This document shows, in pieces, positions 10,060 through 20,360 of a stretch of DNA of 64,000 nt. Within the stretch, counting starts at the first letter, position 1. Each line of letters begins with the position of its first letter. Location: the NCBI GenBank assembly GCA_031409275.1, contig JANNXA010000014.1, positions 1 to 64,000 on the forward strand. Direction: 5' to 3'. Both the position numbers and the translations under genes were made by a program. The notes beneath the pieces are model-generated. The model saw only the letters and a program-made list of their open reading frames with translations, ran no database searches and had not been told where the DNA came from. This DNA is from Planctomycetota bacterium. Its GTDB lineage: Bacteria > Planctomycetota > B15-G4 > SIAN01.

Positions 10060-11223
10060 TCACGCGTGCGCCGTCAACGCCTCGCGCGGGGTCTCGCGTC
10101 GTGACGCGTGATAGACGCGCGCCACGCGCCGCCCGAGCGAGCAGAGCACTTCGTAGGGGATCGTGTCGGCCAGCGCCGCGACCTCCTCGACCGGCAGCGC
10201 AAGCGCGCCGTCGCGGCCGATCAGCGTCACCGGTTCGCCGACCTTGACGCCGCGGATGCGCCCGACGTCGAGCATCGTGTAGTCCATCGACACCTTGCCC
10301 ACGATCGGGGCGCGGGTGCCGCGGATCAGCACCGAGCCGCGGTTGCCAAGACGCAACGGCAGGCCGTCGTTGTAGCCGACCGGCAAGGTCGCGATGCGCG
10401 TCTTGCCAGTGGTTCGGTGCGTGCGTTGGTAGCCGATCGGCGTGCCGGTGAGGACGTCCTTCAGGAAGATCACCTGCGTATGCAGCGAGAGCACCGGCTT
10501 GAGCCCCCTCGCCGCCGCCCCGGCGTCGGCCGGCACGATGCCAAACAGCGCGCCGCCTGGCCGCACCAGGTCGAGTTCACTGCTCATCCCCGAGAAGATC
10601 GCGGCCGAGGCCGCAGCGTGCCAGAGCGGTGCGCCGAGCCCCTCGCGCTCGACCGCTGCGCGGACCTCGAGGAAGGCGTCGAGCTGCGCCTGGTTGGCGG
10701 GATCGTGCGCCGACGAGGTGCCGGCGAAATGGGTGGCGACTCCCTCGAGTTCAAGCCACGGCGAACGCGCGATGCGACGTGCCAGCGCCAGCGCGCGAGT
10801 CGGAAGCACGCCCAGGCGGCCCATGCCGGTGTCGACCTTCAGGTGCACGCGGCAGCGGTGGCGCTGGCGACGCGCCTCGGTGGAAAGCTGGAGGATGCGC
10901 GATTCGGAGTGGATGCAGACCGAGAGGTCGTGGGCGACGACCTTCTCCTGCTCGCCGTCGATGATCGCGCCGAGCACGAGGATGGTGCCGCCGATGCCGG
11001 CTGCCCGCAATTCGAGCGCTTCGCCGGAATCGCCGACGCCGAAGTGAGCGACCTGCAACGCCTGCAGCTCGCGCGCGACCTCGACGGCGCCATGGCCATA
11101 GGCGTCCGCCTTCACCACGGCCATGAGCCGAGTGGAGGCCGACAACCGTTTCCGCAGGAGCGCGACGTTGTCGCGCAGGTGGTCGAGCCGGATGTCGGCC
11201 CAGACGCGATGCGGGTGGATCAC
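10060..11223 (-). CDS. alr: Alanine racemase
   Basis: AVVKADAYGHG, HLKVDTGMGRLG, VRPG, PVGYNDG, GKVSMD and TIPYE motifs. Confidence 0.96.
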   Translation of the reverse strand: MIHPHRVWADIRLDHLRDNVALLRKRLSASTRLMAVVKADAYGHGAVEVARELQALQVAHFGVGDSGEALELRAAGIGGTILVLGAIIDGEQEKVVAHDLSVCIHSESRILQLSTEARRQRHRCRVHLKVDTGMGRLGVLPTRALALARRIARSPWLELEGVATHFAGTSSAHDPANQAQLDAFLEVRAAVEREGLGAPLWHAAASAAIFSGMSSELDLVRPGGALFGIVPADAGAAARGLKPVLSLHTQVIFLKDVLTGTPIGYQRTHRTTGKTRIATLPVGYNDGLPLRLGNRGSVLIRGTRAPIVGKVSMDYTMLDVGRIRGVKVGEPVTLIGRDGALALPVEEVAALADTIPYEVLCSLGRRVARVYHASRRETPREALTAHA

Positions 11224-11879
11224 GAGCGCGCTTCGAGCCTCCGTTCCGCTGCGGTCGCACGCAGGTACATCGGGAGCACCGTCGGGATGCGATCCCGTTC
11301 ACCGCGCAGGAAGCGTTCGCGCGCCAACGTCAGCACGCCCGCCGCATCGGACACGGCCCCGGGAACGGTCGGCGTGATGCCGAACGCGGCGCACCCGTCA
11401 CCCACCCACGCGGCCTCCTTGGGGAGGTCGGGGCGGAGCACGTCGGGAACGCCGATCACCGGAGCCTGGACCAAGCGCGGCAGCCCTCCCTGCCAGCGAT
11501 AGACCGCGGCGTACACCTCGCCCTGCTTGGCGTCGACGAGAGTGACCACTGGCTTGGCCTGCCAACCCGCATTCAGCGCAAGCGCCGTCAGCGAATGGAT
11601 GCCGAGCAAGGGGACTTCCCACGTCCACGCCAACGTGCGCGCGACGGTCACCCCGATGCGAAGTCCCGTGTAGGAGCCAGGCCCGATCCCAACCGCCACA
11701 TAGTCAGGCCGGCGCAACCCAGCGTCTTTCAGCAGGCTCTCGACCGAAGGCAGCAGGAGTTTGCCGTGCGCCATCCCCTCGGTAAAGCGTGCGCTGCGCG
11801 GCGGATCCTTGTCGTCGAGCGCGACGCTGCCGACATCTCCAGAGGTATCGAGCGCGAGACCGACGGCGATGCGACCCAA
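11220..11879 (-). CDS. tsaB: tRNA threonylcarbamoyladenosine biosynthesis protein TsaB
   Basis: LALDTS, GIGPGSYTGLRIG, DAKQGEVY and PMYLR motifs; TTG start preceded by AGGAGG. Confidence 0.92.
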   Translation of the reverse strand: MGRIAVGLALDTSGDVGSVALDDKDPPRSARFTEGMAHGKLLLPSVESLLKDAGLRRPDYVAVGIGPGSYTGLRIGVTVARTLAWTWEVPLLGIHSLTALALNAGWQAKPVVTLVDAKQGEVYAAVYRWQGGLPRLVQAPVIGVPDVLRPDLPKEAAWVGDGCAAFGITPTVPGAVSDAAGVLTLARERFLRGERDRIPTVLPMYLRATAAERRLEARS

Positions 11880-11914
11880 GGTGTCCTCCTTGCCTTCTTG
11901 CGGGCAGGCTTGGC

Positions 11915-13270
11915 TCACGGCGCGCCGATCGTCTTGCGGAGGAATCCCGCGAGCTCGTCGGTCAGCGTCCGCACCAGGGTTGCGTCGGCACCTTCCACCA
12001 TCACGCGACAAACGGGCTCGGTCCCGGAGTAGCGGATGACGACACGTCCCTGGTTGCCAAGCCTCTCTTCGGACGCGGAAAGGATTTCCTTGAATCCCGG
12101 GATCGTCTCGAGCGGCGGACGCTTCAGGACGCGGACTTGGGTGTTGCGCTGCGGCGCCCGCTCGAAGTCGGCCAGAGCGGCGGAAAGCGCGATGGCGCGA
12201 CGGGAAAGGAGCGCGGCGACGCGCGCCGCCGTGTAGAGCCCGTCGCCCAGGAAATCGAGGTCGGCGCCGAAGATGACGTGGCCCGACGGCTCGCCGCCAA
12301 GCCCCATCCCGCGCTCGCGCAGCGCGGCCGAAACATGCCGGTCCCCCACCGGCGTGCGCACGAGTTCGAGTCCGCGGCGCTTGAGGAAGAGCTCGAGGCC
12401 GAAGTTCGACATCACGGTGCCGACCACGCCGCCGCCGCGCAGCTGGCCCTGCTGCTGCAGATCGTCCGCCAGCGCCGCGAGGATGCCGTCCCCGTCGACC
12501 GCGCGGCCCCCCTCGTCGACCAGGATGCTGCGGTCGGCGTCGCCGTCGACCGCAAGTCCGAAGCGGGCGCCGCAGCGCTGCGCGAGCGCGCCGACCGCTT
12601 CCGGGTGGAGCGACCCGAAACCAGCGTTGATGTTGTGCCCGTCCGGCCGATCGCCGATCACATGCACGGTCGCACCGAGCCGGCGGAAGAGCTCGGGGCC
12701 GACGGCGTGGGCCGCGCCATGGGCGAGGTCGAGCGCCACCACCATGCCGCGCAGGTCCGGGCGGCCCGCGGCCTCGATCAGACGCGCGAGATAGCGCTCG
12801 CCGCCTTCAGGATGCTCTTCGCGCAAGTCGGTGATCGTCGCCGGCGGCAGCGCGGCGGCATGCCAACGTCGCTCGACGAAGCGCGCTTCGACGTCGCCGA
12901 ACTTCTGGCCGTGACCGGTGAAGATCTTGATGCCGTTGTCGTCGGCTGGATTGTGCGAGGCGGAGATCACCGCCGCGCAACTCGCGTCGTAGTCGTCGAT
13001 CAGCAGCGCCAACGCCGCCGTCGGCAACACGCCGAGGTCGATCGAACGGATCCCGCGCCGCGACAGGCCAGCCGCCAGCGCGCGCGTGATCTCGCCGCGG
13101 CTCGCGCGGGTGTCGCCGCCGAGCAGCGCCGGCTTGCCGGCGTCCCCATGCGCCTCGAGCCACTCGCCGAGCGCGTAGCCGAGGCGCTCGACGCTCTCCG
13201 CCGCCAGCGCTCCCTGCCCCGCCAGCCCGCGCACGCCATCGGTCCCGAACAGGGCATCACTCGCCGCCAT
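11915..13270 (-). CDS. glmM: Phosphoglucosamine mutase
   Basis: FGTDGVRG, ISASHNP, DGDADR, GGEPSGH and RYSGTEP motifs; follows cdaA and cdaR-like genes. Confidence 0.95.
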   Translation of the reverse strand: MAASDALFGTDGVRGLAGQGALAAESVERLGYALGEWLEAHGDAGKPALLGGDTRASRGEITRALAAGLSRRGIRSIDLGVLPTAALALLIDDYDASCAAVISASHNPADDNGIKIFTGHGQKFGDVEARFVERRWHAAALPPATITDLREEHPEGGERYLARLIEAAGRPDLRGMVVALDLAHGAAHAVGPELFRRLGATVHVIGDRPDGHNINAGFGSLHPEAVGALAQRCGARFGLAVDGDADRSILVDEGGRAVDGDGILAALADDLQQQGQLRGGGVVGTVMSNFGLELFLKRRGLELVRTPVGDRHVSAALRERGMGLGGEPSGHVIFGADLDFLGDGLYTAARVAALLSRRAIALSAALADFERAPQRNTQVRVLKRPPLETIPGFKEILSASEERLGNQGRVVIRYSGTEPVCRVMVEGADATLVRTLTDELAGFLRKTIGAP

Positions 13271-14477
13271 CCTCTCCGCCTTTCTCTGCGTCACTCGACT
13301 CGCGTGGAGCGGCCGGCGCCACCCACGCGGCTTCGACCGCGTTCGGCTGCCCTGGCGCCAGCGCGAGATCAAGGTCTTCCGGGAAATCGGCGAACTTGAC
13401 GATCGCGACGCGCAACGCGCCGCGTTCGATTCCGGCGAGCTCATGGGCACGCACGACGACCTCGACTTCGTCGCGCGCCAATTCGAGCTTCACGCGGTCG
13501 ATCGCGAGCCCCTGAACCGCCGATTCGGTCGCGCTGAACTGGAGGCGAATGGTCGGCGGCCCGTCGGGCGACTGCGGAAAGGTGATGGTCCAGCCGTCGC
13601 TCCAGCGGCGCAGCGGATCGTCGCGACGCAGCAAGGCGTCGTTGCAGAGCACCTGCAGCGGCAGCTCGATCACCCCGCCCGGTTCCGGCACCGGCAGCAT
13701 GCGCCGCTTGAACTCGATCGTGACGCGGAGCTCGTCGAGCTGCGCACCGTTGGCATCGACCATGCGCACGCGATCGCGCCACTGCAGCGCGAGTCCGACT
13801 CCCTGCGAGACCTGCCGGCTCGCGCCGTCGAGCTCCACGGCCTCGAGCAGCTCCGCGCGCCGCGTGATCGCCTGCTCGACGAAGCCGCGCGGGCCGACCA
13901 GACCGACTTCAGAGGGCCTCACGATGGTGCTGCGCGTGGCTCGGTCGAACCCCGGCGCCGGGCTGCCGCTCAGCGCGAGATCGTCGGCGCCGACCAGCAC
14001 GGAGCGCTGCACCTCGGGCTCGACGTTGAGGCGCAACGGGGGATCGATCTCGAAGCGCGCACCGGGACCCAGCTCGTCGCGCAACGTCTCGATGCCGCCG
14101 AGCTCCTCCGCGGCCGGGACCAGCACGCCTTCCTTCCGAAGCACGAACTCGAAGGTGTGGCGGCGCGACTTGAAGCGCTCGATGGCGTCCTTCGGCGCGT
14201 GCACCTGCAGCGTCAGCGTGTCCGGACGCGGTCGATCGCTCACCACCAGTGGGAGCGCGCGATCGCTGCGCTCGATGACCAGGAGTTTGCTGGTGCGATC
14301 GGGCGCTTCGGCCAGCTGCGACAGATCGCTCTCGTCGACGTAGACGACGTGGACCGTCAGGCGATCGTGGCCGACGACCTTGGCATCGAGCAGGTCGAAC
14401 AGCACGACGGCGAAGCAGAGCGCCAGCAGCTTGCGACCGATGTCGTGCAGGAAGAACTGGCGAAGGAACGCGATCAA
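13257..14477 (-). CDS. CdaR/YbbR-like membrane-anchored protein (divergent)
   Basis: N-terminal KLLALCFAVVLF anchor, YbbR-like GSPAPGF...VRPSEVGLVGP segment; lies between cdaA and glmM. Confidence 0.65.
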   Translation of the reverse strand: MIAFLRQFFLHDIGRKLLALCFAVVLFDLLDAKVVGHDRLTVHVVYVDESDLSQLAEAPDRTSKLLVIERSDRALPLVVSDRPRPDTLTLQVHAPKDAIERFKSRRHTFEFVLRKEGVLVPAAEELGGIETLRDELGPGARFEIDPPLRLNVEPEVQRSVLVGADDLALSGSPAPGFDRATRSTIVRPSEVGLVGPRGFVEQAITRRAELLEAVELDGASRQVSQGVGLALQWRDRVRMVDANGAQLDELRVTIEFKRRMLPVPEPGGVIELPLQVLCNDALLRRDDPLRRWSDGWTITFPQSPDGPPTIRLQFSATESAVQGLAIDRVKLELARDEVEVVVRAHELAGIERGALRVAIVKFADFPEDLDLALAPGQPNAVEAAWVAPAAPRESSDAEKGGEDGGE

Positions 14478-15283
14478 GCGCGAGCTCCCTCGAGGTCACC
14501 GCCGGCCGCGAGCGCGTCATCGAGCATGCGCGCGAGATCGCGCGCCGACTTCACCCGCTGCAGCTCGCCACGCGCCGAAAGCGAGATGTTCCCCGTCTCC
14601 TCCGACACCACGACGGCGAGCGCGTCCGTGTCCTCGGTGACGCCGACCGCGGCGCGATGGCGCGTGCCGTACTCGGCGCCGATGTCGGGGTTCTCCGAAA
14701 GCGGGAGCAGGCAACCGGCGGCGATGATGCGATCGCCGCGGATCAGCACCGCGCCATCGTGCAGCGGGCCGCCGGGCTGGAAGATGCTCTCGAGCAGCTG
14801 CGCCTTGAGCTCGGCGTTCAGCTGCACCGATCCTTCCATGTAGGTCTGCAGCCCGGTCGAGCGCTCGATGACGATCAGCGCTCCGACCCGGCGCCGGCTC
14901 ATCTTCTCGGCGGCCTCCGAGAGGATGCGGCCGATCGAGCCGGAACCGGACGAGAAGCGCTTGAACGTCTGCGTCTCACCCAGCCGCGTGAACGCGCGGC
15001 GCAGCTCCGGCTGGAACAGGATGACCACGCCGAGCACCAGGATCTCGAGCGACGGGCGCAGCAGCAGTTGCAGGCGCGGGAGCGACCAGGCGAATCGCTC
15101 GAAGACGACCTGCGCGGCGAGGAACAGCGTGAATCCGGCGATCAGGAGGCCGCGCAGGATTCCAAGGCCCAGCGATCCGCGCAGGAAGCGCAGCACGAAG
15201 TAGCAACCCACCCACATCACCAGCAGCTCGAAGAGCGGCCCGACGCCGAGCAGGTTGCGCAGGAGCTGCGCGGGATCGTTCAT
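14474..15283 (-). CDS. cdaA: Diadenylate cyclase CdaA/DacA
   Basis: Three N-terminal TM segments, FQPELRR, GALIVIER, PLHDGA (DGA) and GTRHRAA (RHR) catalytic motifs, VSEETG. Confidence 0.95.
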   Translation of the reverse strand: MNDPAQLLRNLLGVGPLFELLVMWVGCYFVLRFLRGSLGLGILRGLLIAGFTLFLAAQVVFERFAWSLPRLQLLLRPSLEILVLGVVILFQPELRRAFTRLGETQTFKRFSSGSGSIGRILSEAAEKMSRRRVGALIVIERSTGLQTYMEGSVQLNAELKAQLLESIFQPGGPLHDGAVLIRGDRIIAAGCLLPLSENPDIGAEYGTRHRAAVGVTEDTDALAVVVSEETGNISLSARGELQRVKSARDLARMLDDALAAGGDLEGARA

Positions 15284-16503
15284 GCGTCGGCTTTCGTCGG
15301 TGCGCGCAACGCGGCAAGGACCCGCACGACATCGAGGCTGCCCGCGGCGTCGTGGACCCGCACCAGCTCGCAGCCGGCACCGACCGCAGCGGCGGTCGTC
15401 GCCAAGGTGGCCGCGTCGCGCTGCGGAGCCGAGCGGCCGGTGAGCGCCCCGAGGAAGCTCTTGCGCGAGGCACCGAGCAGCAGCGGGTAACCGAGACTGC
15501 GCAGCGACGCGAGCCCGGCGACCAGATCGAGGTTGTCCTCGCTGCGCTTGCCGAAGCCAAGCCCCGGGTCGAGGACGATCGCCGCTCGCGCGATCCCCGC
15601 GGCCAGCGCCACGCGCGCCCGATCGGCCAGCGCGGCGGCGACCTCGCTGGCGCAATCGACGTAGCGGGGAGCCTCCTGCATCGTGCGCGGCGTCCCTTGC
15701 CGATGCATGAGGACGACGCCAGCGCCGGCTTCGCGGACGACCGCCGCGAGCGCGGCGTCATCAAGCAGCGCGCTGGTGTCGTTCACGAGCGCCGCACCCG
15801 CGGCGAGGGCCGCGCGCGCGACCGCGGCCTTCGTGGTGTCGATCGAGAGCGGCACGGCCACGCGCCGCGCGAGGCGCTCGATCACCGGCATCACCCGCGC
15901 CAGCTCTTCCTCGACGCCGATCGGGAGCGCGCCCGGTCGAGTCGATTCACCGCCCACGTCCAGCAGCGCGACGCCCGCTGCCGCCAGCTCCTCGCCGCGC
16001 TCCACCGCCGATTGGGCGTTCCAGCGGCCGCCGTCCGAGAAGGAATCCGGCGTCAAGTTCAACACCGCCATCACTTGCGGACGCCCGCGCTCGAGCCGCA
16101 AGGAATGGCCTCGCAACGCCAGCTTCCGCGATGGCCGCTCGAACTCGGCGAGCGCGGCCGCGAGGTCGGGGCACGCCTGGCCAACCAACGCCCGGCGCAG
16201 CACCACATGGCACTCGTCGTCACGTCGCGGCGCCGGCACGACGAAGGCGCCCGTCAGCCAGCGGCCATCGATCGCGCTCGGCAATGCCGCGCCAAGCGAC
16301 CAGGGATGGCGCGGCAATGCCAGCGCTTCCGCCTGCGCCCGCGAAACGGCGAAGCAGACCCGTCCGTCCTCGCCCGCCAGCGTCGGCGCCTGCAGCCGCG
16401 AGACCGCCGCCAACTCTCCCCACGCGGGGAGGCAGCCTTCCACCCACAGCACGCGCGTCGCGAGCGCGAGCGCGGCGTGCGCCGGCGCGTCGGAAGTCGT
16501 CAT
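15280..16503 (-). CDS. folP: Dihydropteroate synthase with N-terminal extension
   Basis: VLNLTPDSFSDGG, DVGGESTRPG, SIDT, DPGLGFGK, GASRKSF and VRVHD motifs. Confidence 0.94.
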   Translation of the reverse strand: MTTSDAPAHAALALATRVLWVEGCLPAWGELAAVSRLQAPTLAGEDGRVCFAVSRAQAEALALPRHPWSLGAALPSAIDGRWLTGAFVVPAPRRDDECHVVLRRALVGQACPDLAAALAEFERPSRKLALRGHSLRLERGRPQVMAVLNLTPDSFSDGGRWNAQSAVERGEELAAAGVALLDVGGESTRPGALPIGVEEELARVMPVIERLARRVAVPLSIDTTKAAVARAALAAGAALVNDTSALLDDAALAAVVREAGAGVVLMHRQGTPRTMQEAPRYVDCASEVAAALADRARVALAAGIARAAIVLDPGLGFGKRSEDNLDLVAGLASLRSLGYPLLLGASRKSFLGALTGRSAPQRDAATLATTAAAVGAGCELVRVHDAAGSLDVVRVLAALRAPTKADA

Positions 16504-18815
16504 GGGACCGCCGGCTCTCCGGCAGGGGGCCGCCCATCTTCGGGGCGGGCGATCCCGCGGCGTTCGGCCTCGGAAGTGACCGCATCGGCGCGCGGAGTCT
16601 TCGGCTTGGCCGGCGGCGGCGACGGATGGCTGCGTTCGTAGGCGGCGTGCGCCTCATCCGGCGAAGCGCCCTCGATCAGCGCCGCGATCTCCTCGGCGTG
16701 GATCGTCTCGTACTTGAGGAGCGACTGGGCGACGCGCTCGAGCGCGTCACGGTGCGTCTCGATCACGCCGCGAGCCTTCTGGTAGCACTCGACGAGGATG
16801 CGCTTCACCTCGTCGTCGATGACCTTCGCCGTCTCCTCGCTGAACGCCCGATTCCGCACCACTTCGCCGCCGAGGAAGATGGCGTCCTCGCGCTCTGCGA
16901 GGTTGACCGGCCCGAGCCGCTCGCTCATGCCGAACAGCGTCACCATGTTGCGCGCGATGTCGGTCGCCTTGCGGATGTCGTCGTAGGCACCGCTGGTCAC
17001 GTCGCCGCAGAAGAGCTCCTCGGCGAGACGGCCGCCGAAGGCGAAGCAGATCATCCCGAGCATCTGCTCGCGCCGTTGCTGGTAGCGATCCTTCTCGGGC
17101 AGGATCATCGTCGCTCCGAGCGACATTCCGCGCGGGACAATGGTGACCTTGTGCAGCGGCTCGACGCCGGCGTCGAGATGCCCCACGAGCGCGTGGCCCG
17201 CTTCGTGGTAGGCGGTGACGACGCGCTCCTTCTCGTCCTGCACGCGCCCCGACTTCTCGCGCCCGAATCGCACGCGATCGCGCGCCTCCTCGAAGTCCGC
17301 CATGTTGACTCGATCTCGATTCAGCAACGTGGCGCGCAGCGCCGCTTCGTTGACCAGCGAGGCCAGTTCCGCGCCGGAGAAGCCGGGGGTCGCGCGCGCC
17401 GCCTTGTCGAGCTTGACGTCCGCGTCGAGCGGAACGTGGCGAGTGTGGACCGCGAGGATCGCCTCGCGTCCCTTCACGTCAGGCAGGTCGATGACGATCT
17501 GGCGATCGAAGCGGCCCGGACGCAGGAGCGCCGGATCGAGCACGTCGGGACGGTTGGTGGCCGCGACGAGGATGATCCCCTCGTCGGTCTCGAAGCCGTC
17601 CATCTCGACGAGGATCGCGTTCAGCGTCTGCTCGCGCTCGTCGTGACCGCCCCCGAGTCCGGCGCCGCGACGACGACCGACCGCGTCGATCTCGTCGAGG
17701 AAGATGAGGCACGGCGTCTTCTCGCGCGCCTGGCGGAACAGGTCGCGCACGCGCGACGCGCCCACGCCGACGAACATCTCGACGAAGTCGGAGCCGCTGA
17801 TCGAGAAGAACGGCACGTTCGCCTCGCCAGCGATCGCCTTGGCCAGCAGCGTCTTGCCGGTGCCGGGCGGTCCGACCAGCAGCACGCCACGCGGGATGCG
17901 CGCACCGATGCGAGAGAATCGGACCGGATCCTTGAGGAACTCGACGACCTCCTTCACCTCTTCCTTGGCTTCGTCGACGCCGGCGACGTCCTCGAATGTG
18001 ACGCCGGTGCGGTCCTTGCCAACGAGGTTGGCGCGTGCGCGGCCGAACGAAAGCACGCTGCCGGCGCCACCGCCCGCACGGAACTGGCGGAAGATGAAGA
18101 ACCAAAGCACTCCGATGATCAGCAGCCACGGCAGGAAGTTGATCAGCAGCGAGGCGAGCAGAGGATTGTCCGGCTCGTAGGTCAGCGCGCCCGGCTCGGT
18201 GGGCATGCCACGCCGGTCGAGTTGTACGTCGAAGGGCGCGAGCGCCTGCTGGATCCGGCGCAGGTCGACGGCCAGCGCATCCTGCGGCACGATCCAATGG
18301 CGGGCGACGCGTTCGCCGGAACGGTCGAGGTCGACGAACAGCAGCTCGTTGACGCCGCCGCCACGCGAACGCGGCAGGGGCAGCGAGACGGTCCACGCCT
18401 TGAGCGGAACCACGTCCTTTTCGGCGATCTGCTCGAGCAGCGCCTGCTCGGTGAGGCGCTGCGGCGGACGTCCCACCAGGTCGATGACCGACGGCCACAG
18501 TCGATCGAGTTCGCCCGGAGGCAGGTCGCAGACGAACGGCTGGGTCGCCAGCGGCTGGCCCGCTTCGTCGCGGCGAATCAGATCGCCGCGCAGCTGCAGA
18601 TCGCCACGGCGCACGACCTTCTCGACCGAGCCGGTGTGGAGCAGGCGAAGGAACTCGTCGTACTCGACGCGCGACGACTGGATCGTGTCGGAGAACGCAT
18701 CGACGAGCAGGACGAGGCCGAACAGGATGCCAAGGAAGAGGAGCACCGCCGGAAGCCCGCCGCGCGGCTTGCGCTTGCCATCGCCCTTCTTGCCGTCGTC
18801 GCGCAGATCGTCCAT
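16500..18815 (-). CDS. ftsH: ATP-dependent zinc metalloprotease FtsH
   Basis: Two TM segments, Walker A GPPGTGKT, Walker [21 protein letters not shown] and HEAGH zinc motif. Confidence 0.97.
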   Translation of the reverse strand: MDDLRDDGKKGDGKRKPRGGLPAVLLFLGILFGLVLLVDAFSDTIQSSRVEYDEFLRLLHTGSVEKVVRRGDLQLRGDLIRRDEAGQPLATQPFVCDLPPGELDRLWPSVIDLVGRPPQRLTEQALLEQIAEKDVVPLKAWTVSLPLPRSRGGGVNELLFVDLDRSGERVARHWIVPQDALAVDLRRIQQALAPFDVQLDRRGMPTEPGALTYEPDNPLLASLLINFLPWLLIIGVLWFFIFRQFRAGGGAGSVLSFGRARANLVGKDRTGVTFEDVAGVDEAKEEVKEVVEFLKDPVRFSRIGARIPRGVLLVGPPGTGKTLLAKAIAGEANVPFFSISGSDFVEMFVGVGASRVRDLFRQAREKTPCLIFLDEIDAVGRRRGAGLGGGHDEREQTLNAILVEMDGFETDEGIILVAATNRPDVLDPALLRPGRFDRQIVIDLPDVKGREAILAVHTRHVPLDADVKLDKAARATPGFSGAELASLVNEAALRATLLNRDRVNMADFEEARDRVRFGREKSGRVQDEKERVVTAYHEAGHALVGHLDAGVEPLHKVTIVPRGMSLGATMILPEKDRYQQRREQMLGMICFAFGGRLAEELFCGDVTSGAYDDIRKATDIARNMVTLFGMSERLGPVNLAEREDAIFLGGEVVRNRAFSEETAKVIDDEVKRILVECYQKARGVIETHRDALERVAQSLLKYETIHAEEIAALIEGASPDEAHAAYERSHPSPPPAKPKTPRADAVTSEAERRGIARPEDGRPPAGEPAVP

Positions 18816-18842
18816 GGGGCCATTCCCCTGCTTCGCTGGTCG

Positions 18843-19391
18843 CTACTCGCCGGTCGTGCCACGCGCCGCGGCCGAAGCACGCGGGAAGTCGTCCTCGAGC
18901 CCATCGACGATCCGGCGCGCGACATCGAAAAAGGACTCGGAAGTCGCGAGGCCGAGCGACTCGCCACGAGCCGCGACGAACTCCGCCCGATCACGTACTT
19001 CGAAGGTCCGCTGCACCGTGCCAGTCCGCGCGTCGAGCACATCGATCCGCACGCGGGTCACGGCCGACGATTCGCGCACGCGGTCCTCGGAATCCTCCGA
19101 AAGCACGCGTTGCTCGAAATCGACGATCGTGCCGGCGAGGACGATATCGGCACGCTCCGGGGGCACGATGGAGATTCCCGGGCGCGACGCCAGCTCCTTC
19201 TCCACCTGTCGCGTCAGCTCGATCTCGAGATCGCGGTACCAGGTCCGATTCTCGAACAGGGGCAGATAGACGGCTCGCCGCACGCGTGGGGTGAGCGGCC
19301 CCGAGCTGTAGCCGCAACCGACGAGCGGCAGCACCAGCAGCGTGAGCAGGCGCAGGCTTCGGCGCCAGTTGCGGCGAGGCGCACCGTTCAT
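18843..19391 (-). CDS. lptE: LPS-assembly lipoprotein LptE family
   Basis: Lipobox LVGCGY, VYLPLFENRT and ADIVLAGTIVDF; directly downstream of bamD. Confidence 0.8.
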   Translation of the reverse strand: MNGAPRRNWRRSLRLLTLLVLPLVGCGYSSGPLTPRVRRAVYLPLFENRTWYRDLEIELTRQVEKELASRPGISIVPPERADIVLAGTIVDFEQRVLSEDSEDRVRESSAVTRVRIDVLDARTGTVQRTFEVRDRAEFVAARGESLGLATSESFFDVARRIVDGLEDDFPRASAAARGTTGE

Positions 19392-20347
19392 CCGCCGCTC
19401 TCTTCGAGCGGAGGCGTCTGCAACGTGTCGACGCTGTGAATCGACAGGTCCCAGCCGTGCTCGCCGAGCAGCGCGCGCGAGGTCGCCGCCGCCTCCGTGT
19501 CGGGATAGGCGAGCACGACGTTCGCGAGGTGCATGCGGGCGCCACGCTCCTCCTCGCGAATCAGGTAGAGCCGCGCCCGCAAGAGTTCGCCGAGCGCGAT
19601 CTGCTGGTCGACGGCTCGCGCCTCCGCCTCCGCCTCGGCGCGTCGCGCTCCCCGCGGTCGCTCGCTCACGTAGCGTCGATAGTCGCGCGCGGCGCGCAAC
19701 AGTGGCGTCGTGTCGTACGCCGCGCCGCGAGCATCGAGCTGCCAGCACTGCGCGCGACGGAAGCAGGCGAGGTCGGCCCATTCCGAGTCGGGATAGCTCT
19801 TCGCGAGGCGCGCATAGTGGAACTGCGCTTCCGCGTACTCCTTGCGGGAGTAGCGATAGGCCGCCAACGCCGCGAGCGCATCGTCGGCGCGCGGCGACGA
19901 TGGAAAGCTCGCCGCGAACTCGCGCATCACTTCGGCGCCGCGCTCGCGTCCCGAGAAGAGGTCGCCGAACAGGAACCAGGGCTCTTCCGCGAGGTAGGCC
20001 GCGCCGATCTCCCAGACGTGCGCCTCGCACTTGGGCACGTAGGGCGACCACGGGAAGTCACGCAGCAACGACTGATAGTGGCGGAACGCCTTCACCGGCG
20101 AGCCGTCGGCGAGACGTGCTTCGGCGGCGAAGTAGAGCGCCGCCTGGCGCCGCTTGCCGTCGCTGGTGCGTTCGAGCAACGACTCGGCCGCGTCGATGAC
20201 GCGATCGATGTCGCCGCGCGCCAGCGCCTGTTCAGCGTCGTCGAGCAGTTGCGGCTCGGAGAGGTCGTCGGGATCGATCGGCTCAGGACCGCTCGCGCAC
20301 GCGGCAGCCGTCGCGACCAGCAGTCCGTGCGCCAGGCGGCGCGCCAT
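19388..20347 (-). CDS. bamD: Outer-membrane assembly lipoprotein BamD-like (TPR)
   Basis: Lipobox AAAC, TPR-like repeats ending FPWSPY, FPSSPRADDA and YPDSEW, plus YPDT motif. Start 20347 preferred because 20437 overlaps recO by 77 nt. Confidence 0.8.
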   Translation of the reverse strand: MARRLAHGLLVATAAACASGPEPIDPDDLSEPQLLDDAEQALARGDIDRVIDAAESLLERTSDGKRRQAALYFAAEARLADGSPVKAFRHYQSLLRDFPWSPYVPKCEAHVWEIGAAYLAEEPWFLFGDLFSGRERGAEVMREFAASFPSSPRADDALAALAAYRYSRKEYAEAQFHYARLAKSYPDSEWADLACFRRAQCWQLDARGAAYDTTPLLRAARDYRRYVSERPRGARRAEAEAEARAVDQQIALGELLRARLYLIREEERGARMHLANVVLAYPDTEAAATSRALLGEHGWDLSIHSVDTLQTPPLEESGG

Positions 20348-20360
20348 CCGGCGAAGGGGG

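Noticed and set aside
6902..10111. Long antisense or alternate-frame ORFs (also 16131-19439, 20154-22841, 53413-56088 and others)
   Set aside because: Shadow ORFs expected at high GC; Arg-rich, motif-free and overlapping well-supported genes.
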